From positions 223 through 64,222 of the forward strand of contig JADHTG010000012.1 in the NCBI GenBank assembly GCA_016776505.1: 64,000 nucleotides of DNA, written 5' to 3'. Every line of letters starts with the position of its first letter. Positions within the stretch are counted from its first letter, which is position 1. This DNA comes from Bacteroidota bacterium. GTDB lineage: Bacteria; Bacteroidota; Bacteroidia; CAILMK01; JAAYUY01. The translations under genes and the position numbers were made by a program. The notes under the pieces were generated by a model. That model searched no databases. It saw only the letters and a program-made list of their open reading frames with translations, and was not told the DNA's origin. Shown here in pieces: positions 54,167-63,085 of the stretch.

Positions 54167-55205
54167 ATGGTTTAGGTTTATATCCAGATTCCATGAGTAT
54201 CTTTTGTGCATCTTTTTCTTCAAATAATTCAATATAATTTTTGATCTTCTTGGTTTCAATATATTTTTGAACAATTTGCCAGCCCAGCCATTCACCTAAC
54301 CTGGCCGGTGAATCAGAGGGAATTCCATAGGCATTTGTGAATGGACCATCATCTATATATCTTGAGATTTTTAAAGTTTGAGTTTCATAAAGCACATTGC
54401 TTAAAAGGATCTGATTCCAGATTTTACCTTCGTTTTTTTCGCACCATTTCAACTCTTCTTTACGGTATCCCACTTTTATTGAATCAGCTGTTTCCGGCAA
54501 CATTAATTCCATGAAAAACAGTTTTTTACCCAGATAGATCATATTCGAGAGCAATGTGTTACCTGAGTATTCTTCTTCAGGATATATTTCTCCGAATTGT
54601 ACTTTCATAATGTCAGAGCAGATATATTCCTCCCTGAACCTGTTGGATTTATACTTTGGAAATAAATCATCATAATAATGATAATCTGCTCCCAGGTAAT
54701 AATCCAATGAAAACATGATGATATGCTCAAAACTAGCAGCTGCTACACCAAAATTGGAGATAATACTGTAAAATTCAGGAATTTCCTGATCAGGATAATA
54801 ATAATGGATGTGTTTGTAGGCATTTTCAATATCCTCCTCAATTTTATCCAGCTTACTGAATTTAAGCTGGCAATCACTATATAATTCCTGAGTGTATTTG
54901 TCAAAAAAGAAAGTGTGAAGTCTGTCAACATAAACAGAATCCTCTATTTTACCCGCCCTGGCTAATTGCTCAACAAATACCCTGAACATGCCTGGATATT
55001 TCTCAGCTATTTCCTGTAATTGGCTTTCATAATTGATTTTATTTAACAGACATAATTCCCGATCAAATCGATTAATCTCAATTTGTAAGTCAATATGATG
55101 AAGGTTTATGTGATAATCAGATTTGGATTTGCAGCCAAAAAACATGAAACTTATAAAAAGAAAAACAATGAATTTGTTATATCTTCGTACCCTCATACCT
55201 TTCAT
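54165..55205 (-). CDS. gldB: Gliding-motility lipoprotein GldB-like
   Basis: Lipobox FFGC. C-terminal blocks LKWCEKNEGKIWN, SPARLGEWLGWQIVQKY and SGYKPKP resemble the F. johnsoniae GldB sequence as I remember it. Proximity to nadE is common for gldB. Confidence 0.65.
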   Translation of the reverse strand: MKGMRVRRYNKFIVFLFISFMFFGCKSKSDYHINLHHIDLQIEINRFDRELCLLNKINYESQLQEIAEKYPGMFRVFVEQLARAGKIEDSVYVDRLHTFFFDKYTQELYSDCQLKFSKLDKIEEDIENAYKHIHYYYPDQEIPEFYSIISNFGVAAASFEHIIMFSLDYYLGADYHYYDDLFPKYKSNRFREEYICSDIMKVQFGEIYPEEEYSGNTLLSNMIYLGKKLFFMELMLPETADSIKVGYRKEELKWCEKNEGKIWNQILLSNVLYETQTLKISRYIDDGPFTNAYGIPSDSPARLGEWLGWQIVQKYIETKKIKNYIELFEEKDAQKILMESGYKPKP

Positions 55206-55226
55206 TATTTATGTATTTCAAATAAA

Positions 55227-55883
55227 ATGAACGAAATTATGAAAAAATTATTTTTTATAATACTGATTTCAATATGCTTCTCATCTGTCTATTCACAAAA
55301 GCTTCAATTGGGATTAAAATTGTCACCGCAATTCGGATGGCTGAAAACTGATAACCCGACCATCATGGATAACGATGGTCTTGGAATTGGCTTTTCCTAT
55401 GGTTTGATAGGGAATTATTTCTTTCAGGATAATTACGGAATAAACATAGAATTGTGCCACAGCGTACTGCAATATACGTCCAGTTACAGAGACACATCCA
55501 ATTCACTTCAAATAGTCAAGTGGAACCAACAATACATTGAGATTCCTGTTTCCCTAAAAATGCAAACAAATGAAATGGGTGGTTTAACCTATTATGGCAA
55601 AATTGGGATCAGCCCCATGTTCAATACCTCGGCCAAACTGAATGAGGTAAATAACAAGGAGGAAATAAACTTTTTCAATGCTTCTGTGTTGGTGGGTGCT
55701 GGTGTTCATTATGGATTGGGGGGCAATACCCTATTAATCGGAGGTTTTAGTTTCCATAATGGATTAATCCGAATGAATAAAAAGAATATGGACATTGTAA
55801 ACGACCATTTGGATGGGAATGGGCTGAAAGAAGTCCAGTTAAAGCCATCCTATTTGGCGATTGATCTTGGAATATTATTCTAA
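55227..55883 (+). CDS. Outer-membrane beta-barrel (porin-family) protein
   Basis: Signal peptide MKKLFFIILISICFSSVYSQ, alternating beta-strand pattern and a terminal F. I prefer the ATG at 55227/55239, because the 55095 start would overlap the gldB-like gene. Confidence 0.6.
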   Translation: MNEIMKKLFFIILISICFSSVYSQKLQLGLKLSPQFGWLKTDNPTIMDNDGLGIGFSYGLIGNYFFQDNYGINIELCHSVLQYTSSYRDTSNSLQIVKWNQQYIEIPVSLKMQTNEMGGLTYYGKIGISPMFNTSAKLNEVNNKEEINFFNASVLVGAGVHYGLGGNTLLIGGFSFHNGLIRMNKKNMDIVNDHLDGNGLKEVQLKPSYLAIDLGILF

Positions 55884-55902
55884 ATGAATTAATAGCAAAT
55901 TA

Positions 55903-57537
55903 ATGCGCATTGCTCTTGCCCAGTTAAATTTCAAAATTGGAGCATTCAAATCCAATACACAAAAGATTATTTCTGCCATAAATTCTGCAAAAGAGCAAAA
56001 AACCGAGCTGATCATTTTTCCTGAACTTGCCATTTCAGGTTATCCTCCGCAGGATTTTCTTGAATTTGACAGTTTTATTTCCCAATGCTTAAAATCACTG
56101 ACCAAGATCTCAGAACACTGTGATTCTATTGCTGCAATTGTCGGAACCCCTTATTTCAATCCGAATACAGGCGGAAAAAAACTCTACAATTCGGCATGTT
56201 TCATTTATGAGAAAGAAATAAAACAGGTGATTCATAAAACATTGTTACCTGAATATGATATTTTCGATGAATGCCGGTATTTTGAGCCCAATTTCAGTTT
56301 CCAGCTTATCGACTATAAAGGATTTAAGATTGCTCTGACTATTTGTGAGGATATATGGAATATTTACACACCTTATTATGCCAGGAGCCCCATGGATGTC
56401 CTGATCAAGCAATCCCCGGATGTCATGATCAATATTGCTGCATCTCCTTTCTCCTATGCACACGATGATCAAAGAGAACTGGTTTTAAAACGAAATGTGG
56501 ACCGCTACAAAATTCCACTGATTTATGTGAATCATATAGGTGCACAGACTGAAATTCTGTATGACGGATCATCCAAGGTCATCAGCAAGAATGGGAAAAT
56601 ATTCAACCAACTGTCCTCTTTTAAGGAAGATGTATTCACCTTAGACTTTGCTGACCTCCTCATTGATCATCAAAAAGAAAATATCAGGCAGCCTGAAAAA
56701 AACCAGCTTATTCACGATGCTTTGATCATGGGTATCAAGGACTATTTCGACAAACTCAATTTCACAAAAGCCATTATGGGTCTTTCAGGCGGCATTGATT
56801 CAGCCCTTACGCTGGTTCTTTTGCAGCGCGCATTAGGCGCTGAAAATGTGAAAGCATTTCTCCTTCCTTCCATGTATTCATCAGAGCATTCCGTTAAAGA
56901 TGCTGTGGATTTAGCCGAAAAAATAAGTGTTCCCTATGATACCATAGACATTAAATCCATTTATGAAAGTTTTGATTCAAGTTTACATCCCTATTTCGAG
57001 GGAGAGGATACTGGCATTACTGAAGAAAATTTACAATCCCGAATCAGAGCGGTTCTTTTAATGGCTATGTCCAACAAATTTGGATATATTCTAATAAATA
57101 CTTCAAATAAAAGCGAACTGGCTGTTGGATACGGAACCCTTTACGGGGATATGTGCGGGGGATTATCTGTACTGGGAGATCTGTACAAAACTGAAGTATA
57201 TGAACTGGCTAAATTCATTAATAATAAGAAAGAAATCATTCCCTGGAATACCATAAATAAAGCTCCATCTGCTGAACTGAAACCCAATCAAAAAGATAGC
57301 GACTCATTGCCTGATTACGAAATTTTGGACAAAATCCTTATTAATTATATTGAAAAGAGGAAAGGTTTCGAGGAATTAACAACACTTGGGTTTGATCCTG
57401 TGGTAGTACGGAAAATACTTAACCTGGTGAATCATAATGAATACAAGCGTTATCAGTCGCCACCTGTTCTGAGAGTTTCAGATAAAGCTTTTGGTATAGG
57501 CCGAAGAATGCCCATAGTGGCAAAATACTCCATCTAA
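55903..57537 (+). CDS. nadE: Glutamine-dependent NAD+ synthetase
   Basis: N-terminal CN-hydrolase domain (FPELAISGYPPQD, C in LTICEDIW) and C-terminal synthetase P-loop GLSGGIDSA. Confidence 0.95.
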   Translation: MRIALAQLNFKIGAFKSNTQKIISAINSAKEQKTELIIFPELAISGYPPQDFLEFDSFISQCLKSLTKISEHCDSIAAIVGTPYFNPNTGGKKLYNSACFIYEKEIKQVIHKTLLPEYDIFDECRYFEPNFSFQLIDYKGFKIALTICEDIWNIYTPYYARSPMDVLIKQSPDVMINIAASPFSYAHDDQRELVLKRNVDRYKIPLIYVNHIGAQTEILYDGSSKVISKNGKIFNQLSSFKEDVFTLDFADLLIDHQKENIRQPEKNQLIHDALIMGIKDYFDKLNFTKAIMGLSGGIDSALTLVLLQRALGAENVKAFLLPSMYSSEHSVKDAVDLAEKISVPYDTIDIKSIYESFDSSLHPYFEGEDTGITEENLQSRIRAVLLMAMSNKFGYILINTSNKSELAVGYGTLYGDMCGGLSVLGDLYKTEVYELAKFINNKKEIIPWNTINKAPSAELKPNQKDSDSLPDYEILDKILINYIEKRKGFEELTTLGFDPVVVRKILNLVNHNEYKRYQSPPVLRVSDKAFGIGRRMPIVAKYSI

Positions 57538-57539
57538 TT

Positions 57540-58766
57540 TCAGGTTTCTGCATGCGGTCTGGATAGAAATAAGATCATGCATGTAAAGAAACTTATTCCT
57601 GCTTGACGCTCCAGGGTGGATTCCACAAAAAAAGTAACAATTGAAATTAATAGAAATGCCAGGAAAAGAGGTGATTCTTGCTTTGAGGCTATTTTTAAGG
57701 CCTGGAAAAGGATCATCATAAAAACTAATAATCCTATTATTCCAAGCCCTGCAAGTATTTCAAGATACTGGTTATGCGGACCTTTCCTGTTTTCTAACTC
57801 CAATATAGAATTTTCTTTCTCAAAAATCTCTCTCATCTCATGTTTCACATCACCAAAACCCACACCAATAACAGGCGATGACAAAAAGACCTTAAAACTT
57901 TTATCCCAGTATTCAATGCGCTCGGAAATAGAATAAAAATTTATATCCCCTCCATCCCGGTACGCGTGGAGGTCCTCCAGCGTTTTTTGATACCTGTTGT
58001 TCAAGACAGGAATGTACTTCACTGATGCAAATCCTACAAATAGAACAATTATCATTGCTGCAATTGTCAGGATAATTTGATTTGCTTTAAAACCATAAAT
58101 AATCAACAAAATCACAAGACTGATATAAAAAGCAAATAATCCTGTTCGGGCAGCTATGGTATGGATAAAAACTATATTCAAAATGATCACGATGATATTT
58201 CCCACCTTCAGTGCCTTATTCCCAGGCCTGGCAAGATGAAGGATAATCCCGCTCAGGATCGCAAAAGCAAGGAGGAAACTATAATAGATGTGATTAATAT
58301 TTGCAATTAGCGGAACTGGTTTCGCTTTGAATATCTGCTGGTTGATTTCTTCATAATTAATAAGGTAATGGATAAATGAAAGCAATCCGGCAATGAAAAT
58401 AAATAAAATGAATGCATATAAAACCAGATGCCGTGAACGTTTTAAATAATACTTCGAATAAACAAAAGCCATTGGTAAAATAAGCAGGGGGAGTTTAAGT
58501 TGCAAATCTTTCCAGAATGAATTTAAGTCCTGTGTATAAAAAATGCCCAGCAAACACAATAGAAAATAGACAAGCAGGAGATTTGAGATTTTATTGGAAA
58601 ATAATCTTGAGAAAACTTCACGAATGGAATAAACAAGAAAAGGCTGAACTAACAGGAAGACGAGTGAGAAGCTTAATATAAATGGAGAAAATATCAGACC
58701 AAACTGGAAAAGTATCAAGCCAGCCAGACCCATATTTTCTTTTATCAGATTTGCTTTTATCAACAC
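57540..58766 (-). CDS. O-antigen ligase/polymerase-like membrane protein
   Basis: About 10-12 TM helices with a periplasmic loop containing GPHNQYLEILAGLGIIGL (Wzy_C-type). The start is uncertain: GTG at 58766 or ATG at 58733. Confidence 0.7.
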   Translation of the reverse strand: MLIKANLIKENMGLAGLILFQFGLIFSPFILSFSLVFLLVQPFLVYSIREVFSRLFSNKISNLLLVYFLLCLLGIFYTQDLNSFWKDLQLKLPLLILPMAFVYSKYYLKRSRHLVLYAFILFIFIAGLLSFIHYLINYEEINQQIFKAKPVPLIANINHIYYSFLLAFAILSGIILHLARPGNKALKVGNIIVIILNIVFIHTIAARTGLFAFYISLVILLIIYGFKANQIILTIAAMIIVLFVGFASVKYIPVLNNRYQKTLEDLHAYRDGGDINFYSISERIEYWDKSFKVFLSSPVIGVGFGDVKHEMREIFEKENSILELENRKGPHNQYLEILAGLGIIGLLVFMMILFQALKIASKQESPLFLAFLLISIVTFFVESTLERQAGISFFTCMILFLSRPHAET

Positions 58767-58775
58767 TTTTCAGAC

Positions 58776-59555
58776 TTATTCAAGAAAGTAATTCAACCTG
58801 ACCCTTGTCAGCTGATCCCTGATCTTTAGTTTTTTAGCGGTATACCTGGATACTTTTATTATTTCATTCGATTGTGATCCATCATTATCCAGATGACCTA
58901 CCACTTTTACATAAATTGAATTGCCATTCATGAGGTTTGTCACCTGGATGACACTTCCTATGGGTGCTTTTTTATGCAATGCCAGCGCTTTTCTTGAATT
59001 AATTGAAGCATCTTCAATATAAGTAGCGATCCCTTCCTCTATTATTTCTCCCTCTTTAGCTGTTTCTGGTTTTTCAGCTGTCCCGCTTCCGCTGATCTCA
59101 TCCTCGGTCTTTACCATTAATACTTCTACTTTTTTTACTTTCTGAATAATTTTAATTTGATCTCCTTCATGTATTGCATTATCCTTCAGTTTATTCCATC
59201 TTTTCAAATCTTCTACTTCCACCTGGTAGGTTTTTGATATCCTGTAAAGCGTTTCACCTTTTTCAACGGTGTGAAAAATAGTCATCTCTTCCTTGTGTGA
59301 TTTGACAATAGGAATGAGAATTTCCTGGTCCAGGCCCAGGGTTTCAATCTGGGGATTGATTGCTTCGATCTCCGAAATGCTTACATGATATCTTTTACTG
59401 ATGGCATAAAGTCCCTGACCTTTATCCACTTTATGGAGGATGTATTTGATTCCGTCAACAGTTTTAATTCCGATCGAATCCTTTAATCCAAATGCAGGAA
59501 AAATTGCAATACACAAAAACCCCCACGCCAGCATGTATTTTCTATTCATTATCAA
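58776..59555 (-). CDS. LysM-repeat peptidoglycan-binding protein with RlpA-like C-terminal domain
   Basis: Two LysM repeats (HKVDKGQGLYAISKRYHVSISEIEAINP; HTVEKGETLYRISKTYQVEVEDLKRWNKL). The C-terminal APIGSVIQVTNLMNGNSIYVKV resembles a double-psi beta-barrel. Confidence 0.8.
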   Translation of the reverse strand: MIMNRKYMLAWGFLCIAIFPAFGLKDSIGIKTVDGIKYILHKVDKGQGLYAISKRYHVSISEIEAINPQIETLGLDQEILIPIVKSHKEEMTIFHTVEKGETLYRISKTYQVEVEDLKRWNKLKDNAIHEGDQIKIIQKVKKVEVLMVKTEDEISGSGTAEKPETAKEGEIIEEGIATYIEDASINSRKALALHKKAPIGSVIQVTNLMNGNSIYVKVVGHLDNDGSQSNEIIKVSRYTAKKLKIRDQLTRVRLNYFLE

Positions 59556-59582
59556 TATCTTAGAATTTCAATTATTAATCAA

Positions 59583-59590
59583 CAAATTTA
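59583..59590 (-). promoter_or_regulatory. Candidate -7 promoter box for the LysM gene
   Basis: caaattta is the reverse complement of TAAATTTG. It lies 28 nt upstream of the ATG at 59555. Confidence 0.4.
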
Positions 59591-59645
59591 TATCAAAAGC
59601 AGAATCTCCTATTTTAAAATTGTCCACATTATTTTGCTGGCAGCT

Positions 59646-59653
59646 TATATTTG
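59646..59653 (+). promoter_or_regulatory. Candidate -7 promoter box for the NfeD gene
   Basis: tatatttg matches TAnnTTTG. Its position argues for the ATG at 59681 as the true start. Confidence 0.4.
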
Positions 59654-59680
59654 GTGAAATTTGAATTAAATAAATTTAAA

Positions 59681-61060
59681 ATGAAAAAGAATTGTTTAAT
59701 CCTTCTTGTTTTAGTTCTTTTTATTACCAACGCCTTATTTGCTACAGATAGTATTAAGAAAGATGCTGTTATTGTAAAACTTGATTTGAAACAGGAAGTG
59801 AATCCCTCCGCCAGGCGAAATACTTCAAAAGCATTTGAAATGGCCAAAAAGTACAATGCTGCTGCCATCATCATTGATATGAATACACCTGGTGGTTTAC
59901 TTAATGAAGCGGATAGCATCCGGACTAAAATTATAAATTCTACCATACCTGTTTATGTTTTAATTAATCCTAATGCAGCTTCAGCAGGTGCTTTAATTTC
60001 CATTGCCTGCAATAAAATTTATATGTCTAACGGATCCACCATTGGTGCTGCGACCGTTGTCACTCAAAATGCAGAGGCTTTACCTGATAAATACCAATCC
60101 TATATGCGCGCCATGATGCGTTCTACAGCTGAATTCAGAGGCAGAAATCCGGATATTGCGGAAGCTATGGTGGATGAAAACCTGGAAGTGGAAGGAATTT
60201 CCCCTGAAGGACAGGTATTAACTCTCACCCGTTCAGAAGCTATGGAAGTTGGATTCTGCGATGGGGAAGCAGAAACAATTGATGAAGTATTAGTTGCTGA
60301 AGGCTATCAAAACTACCAGGTTAAAGAACTGCAATTCAGTGCAATTGACAAAATCATTAACTTTCTTATCAATCCCGCTATTCATGGTTTGCTCATCCTG
60401 ATCATAATTGGTGGGATTTATTATGAATTACAAAGTCCGGGGATTGGATTCCCACTGGCTGCCGCTGCTATTGCTGCTATTTTATATTTTGCCCCACTTT
60501 ACCTTGAAAACCTGGCTGCAAGCTGGGAGATATTGTTATTCATTGCCGGGATCATATTGATTGGACTGGAAATATTTGTGATACCTGGATTTGGCGTGGC
60601 TGGAGTAGTGGGTATTATTTTCGTGCTCTCCAGTTTGGTTCTCAGCATGATTGGAAATGTGTATTTCGATTTCACATTCTCCGGTGGTCGGGATATTGTA
60701 AAAGCTTTACTAACGGTTACCATTTCATTTATACTGGCATTGGTTCTTATATTTGCTACTGGAGGGAAAGTGATTGGGAGTCGGTTATTCCAGCGCCTGG
60801 TTTTAAAAGAAACTCTTACAAAGGGAGATTACAGGACGACAGATCATAAGGATGCCACAGCAGATTCATTGAACTTAACAGGACAAAATGCCATTACCTT
60901 TACAGAAATGCATCCCAGTGGGAAGATCTCTCTCAATAACAATATTTATGATGCCATTAGCGAAGGACAATACATTGCCAAGGGTACAAGAGTTGTTATC
61001 ATTGAAGATTTAGGAAATAAATTAATTGTCAGGGAAGATAATTCAAACGATATAGCATGA
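59681..61060 (+). CDS. NfeD-family membrane-bound ClpP-class serine protease
   Basis: Signal peptide, ClpP-like N-domain (IIIDMNTPGG, AASAGALISIAC), a central multi-TM region and a C-terminal OB-like NfeD domain. Confidence 0.8.
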   Translation: MKKNCLILLVLVLFITNALFATDSIKKDAVIVKLDLKQEVNPSARRNTSKAFEMAKKYNAAAIIIDMNTPGGLLNEADSIRTKIINSTIPVYVLINPNAASAGALISIACNKIYMSNGSTIGAATVVTQNAEALPDKYQSYMRAMMRSTAEFRGRNPDIAEAMVDENLEVEGISPEGQVLTLTRSEAMEVGFCDGEAETIDEVLVAEGYQNYQVKELQFSAIDKIINFLINPAIHGLLILIIIGGIYYELQSPGIGFPLAAAAIAAILYFAPLYLENLAASWEILLFIAGIILIGLEIFVIPGFGVAGVVGIIFVLSSLVLSMIGNVYFDFTFSGGRDIVKALLTVTISFILALVLIFATGGKVIGSRLFQRLVLKETLTKGDYRTTDHKDATADSLNLTGQNAITFTEMHPSGKISLNNNIYDAISEGQYIAKGTRVVIIEDLGNKLIVREDNSNDIA

Positions 61061-61701
61061 AATGCTTCATCAGGATTCTAAGGTTTTATGTTCTCCTTTT
61101 CCCAGTATTAATAAGCAGCCTTCCAGCTCAGACTAATTTTTTCAGATCAGGAATTCTGGTCGGTGTGAACGGGTCCCAGATTACGGGAGATAATATGGTT
61201 GGATTTGACAAAGGAGGAGCTTTAATTGGGCCTTTTGTGGAACATGATCTGACTGAATTCTCCACTTTTCGTATGGAAATAGTATTTAGCATGAAAGGCA
61301 GTGCCGATACCAAAAGCAATCCTGATGCGAACAGAAATTGGGATTTATACCGGGTTAATTACCTGGAGGTTCCCCTTATGTATGATTGGAAAGTGTACCA
61401 GGATTTTGGCTTCACAGGAGGACTTGCAATTGGAATTAATGTAGGAGAATACTACATTGACAGGAATAATACGGCTGTTCCGTCCTTCAGCCTGGCAAAA
61501 AAACTGGAATACAGCTACTTGCTTGGTGGATTATATGAGCATAGTGAAAAAATGGAATTCTTTATCCGCTATCAAAGCAGTATCATTAATTTTTCCACAG
61601 CAGGAAACACTCCTTTTTTTCAACTTTGGCGACAAAGAAAGCCCGGTTATCTGAATGTGGTGGCCAGTTTTGGTTTAAGATATTATTTCGGGCAAAAATA
61701 A
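61057..61701 (+). CDS. Outer-membrane beta-barrel (porin-family) protein
   Basis: Signal peptide and amphipathic beta pattern ending ..GLRYYFGQK. A 4-nt overlap with the NfeD gene. Confidence 0.55.
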   Translation: MKCFIRILRFYVLLFPVLISSLPAQTNFFRSGILVGVNGSQITGDNMVGFDKGGALIGPFVEHDLTEFSTFRMEIVFSMKGSADTKSNPDANRNWDLYRVNYLEVPLMYDWKVYQDFGFTGGLAIGINVGEYYIDRNNTAVPSFSLAKKLEYSYLLGGLYEHSEKMEFFIRYQSSIINFSTAGNTPFFQLWRQRKPGYLNVVASFGLRYYFGQK

Positions 61702-61725
61702 AATTTCGAAATTTTAAAATATCCT

Positions 61726-61733
61726 TAATTTTG
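61726..61733 (+). promoter_or_regulatory. Candidate -7 promoter box
   Basis: taattttg matches TAnnTTTG and lies 49 nt upstream of the ATG at 61782. Confidence 0.35.
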
Positions 61734-61781
61734 TATCATGTTGTTCAAATAACCACCAATTAACTTTCAAAGTAATTAAGA

Positions 61782-62300
61782 ATGAAAACTAAAAATTTAA
61801 GAATAAATCTAATCGTTACTGGATTAATACTCATTGGATTTGCCAGCCGTTTTTTTATAGAAATTCCCAATTTTACAGCTATTGGAGCGATTGCATTATT
61901 TAGCGGTGCCTATTTATCGAACAAAAAACTTGCTATTGTGATTCCTGTTTTGATCCTTTTTGTATCCGATCTTATTCTTGGTTTACATAAAACAATGCTT
62001 TTTGTTTACATTCCATTCCTGCTCATAATTTTCATGGGATTCTATTTGCAGAACAATAGAAAACCACTTATTATTCTCGGTGCTTCCCTTTTGGGATCCA
62101 TTGTTTTTTATCTCATCTCAAATTTTGGCGTATGGGTAACAGGCATGGGATATTCCCCAGTCCTGTCGCAGGTGTATGTAGATGGAATACCATTTTTCAG
62201 GAATATGATTGCTGCTGATCTGGCTTTTAATGCCATTCTTTTTACAAGTGCTTATTATATTTTTGAAAAGACTACCGTCATTTCTGCTTTAAATGAGTAA
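61782..62300 (+). CDS. Small polytopic membrane protein of unknown function
   Basis: 172 aa with 5-6 TM helices and no recognisable catalytic motif. Confidence 0.55.
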   Translation: MKTKNLRINLIVTGLILIGFASRFFIEIPNFTAIGAIALFSGAYLSNKKLAIVIPVLILFVSDLILGLHKTMLFVYIPFLLIIFMGFYLQNNRKPLIILGASLLGSIVFYLISNFGVWVTGMGYSPVLSQVYVDGIPFFRNMIAADLAFNAILFTSAYYIFEKTTVISALNE

Positions 62301-62961
62301 ATCCTTTCAGTTTAACGATTCTTATAAGCACAAAGGTCTTAGGCGTAAATTAGTTCAATTAATTAAACAAAAAGGAATTCAGGACGAAGGGGTTCTGAAT
62401 GCAATTGAGGCCATTCCCCGTCATTATTTTTTGGATAGTGCATTTCATGAATTAGCTTATGAAGACCAGGCCATGCAAATCGGTTCCGGACAAACCATAT
62501 CACAACCTTTTACAGTAGCTTACCAGACAGAAGTCCTGGAAATTGAAGAAGGAGATAGAGTTTTGGAAATTGGACTGGGTTCAGGTTACCAGGCATGTAT
62601 ACTCGTTGAGCTTGGGGCAGTGGTCTATTCAATCGAACGCATTGAACCCTTGTTTAAAAAAACACAGGAATTATTGAAAGCTCTTGGTTATCAGGTACAA
62701 CTGTTTCTGGGAGATGGGACCATGGGATTAAGCGAACATGCGCCTTATGATAAGATCATTGTGACAGCTGCCGCACCAGAAATTCCAAAAACACTTGTGG
62801 ATCAGATGGTTTTAGGTGGCATCATGGTGATACCTGTTGGGAGCAAAGACCACCAAACAATGTATAAAGTGGTAAAAGAAACTGAAAATGAATTCAGTAA
62901 AAAAGCACTGGATAGTTTTCGTTTCGTACCTCTCATAGGTCAAAAAGGCTGGAAAAGGTAA
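62293..62961 (+). CDS. pcm: Protein-L-isoaspartate O-methyltransferase
   Basis: ISQPFTVAYQTE and SAM motif VLEIGLGSGYQA. 222 aa. Confidence 0.92.
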   Translation: MSKSFQFNDSYKHKGLRRKLVQLIKQKGIQDEGVLNAIEAIPRHYFLDSAFHELAYEDQAMQIGSGQTISQPFTVAYQTEVLEIEEGDRVLEIGLGSGYQACILVELGAVVYSIERIEPLFKKTQELLKALGYQVQLFLGDGTMGLSEHAPYDKIIVTAAAPEIPKTLVDQMVLGGIMVIPVGSKDHQTMYKVVKETENEFSKKALDSFRFVPLIGQKGWKR

Positions 62962-63085
62962 TACAGAATTTTTTATCTCTGATGAGCCTGGAAAATAACC
63001 CCAAGTTATTATTCTTTGTTATTAACTTAGGTTTCCAATTTGCATTTTAAGTCCTAAATTTGAAAGGATACATGAATTATCAATT

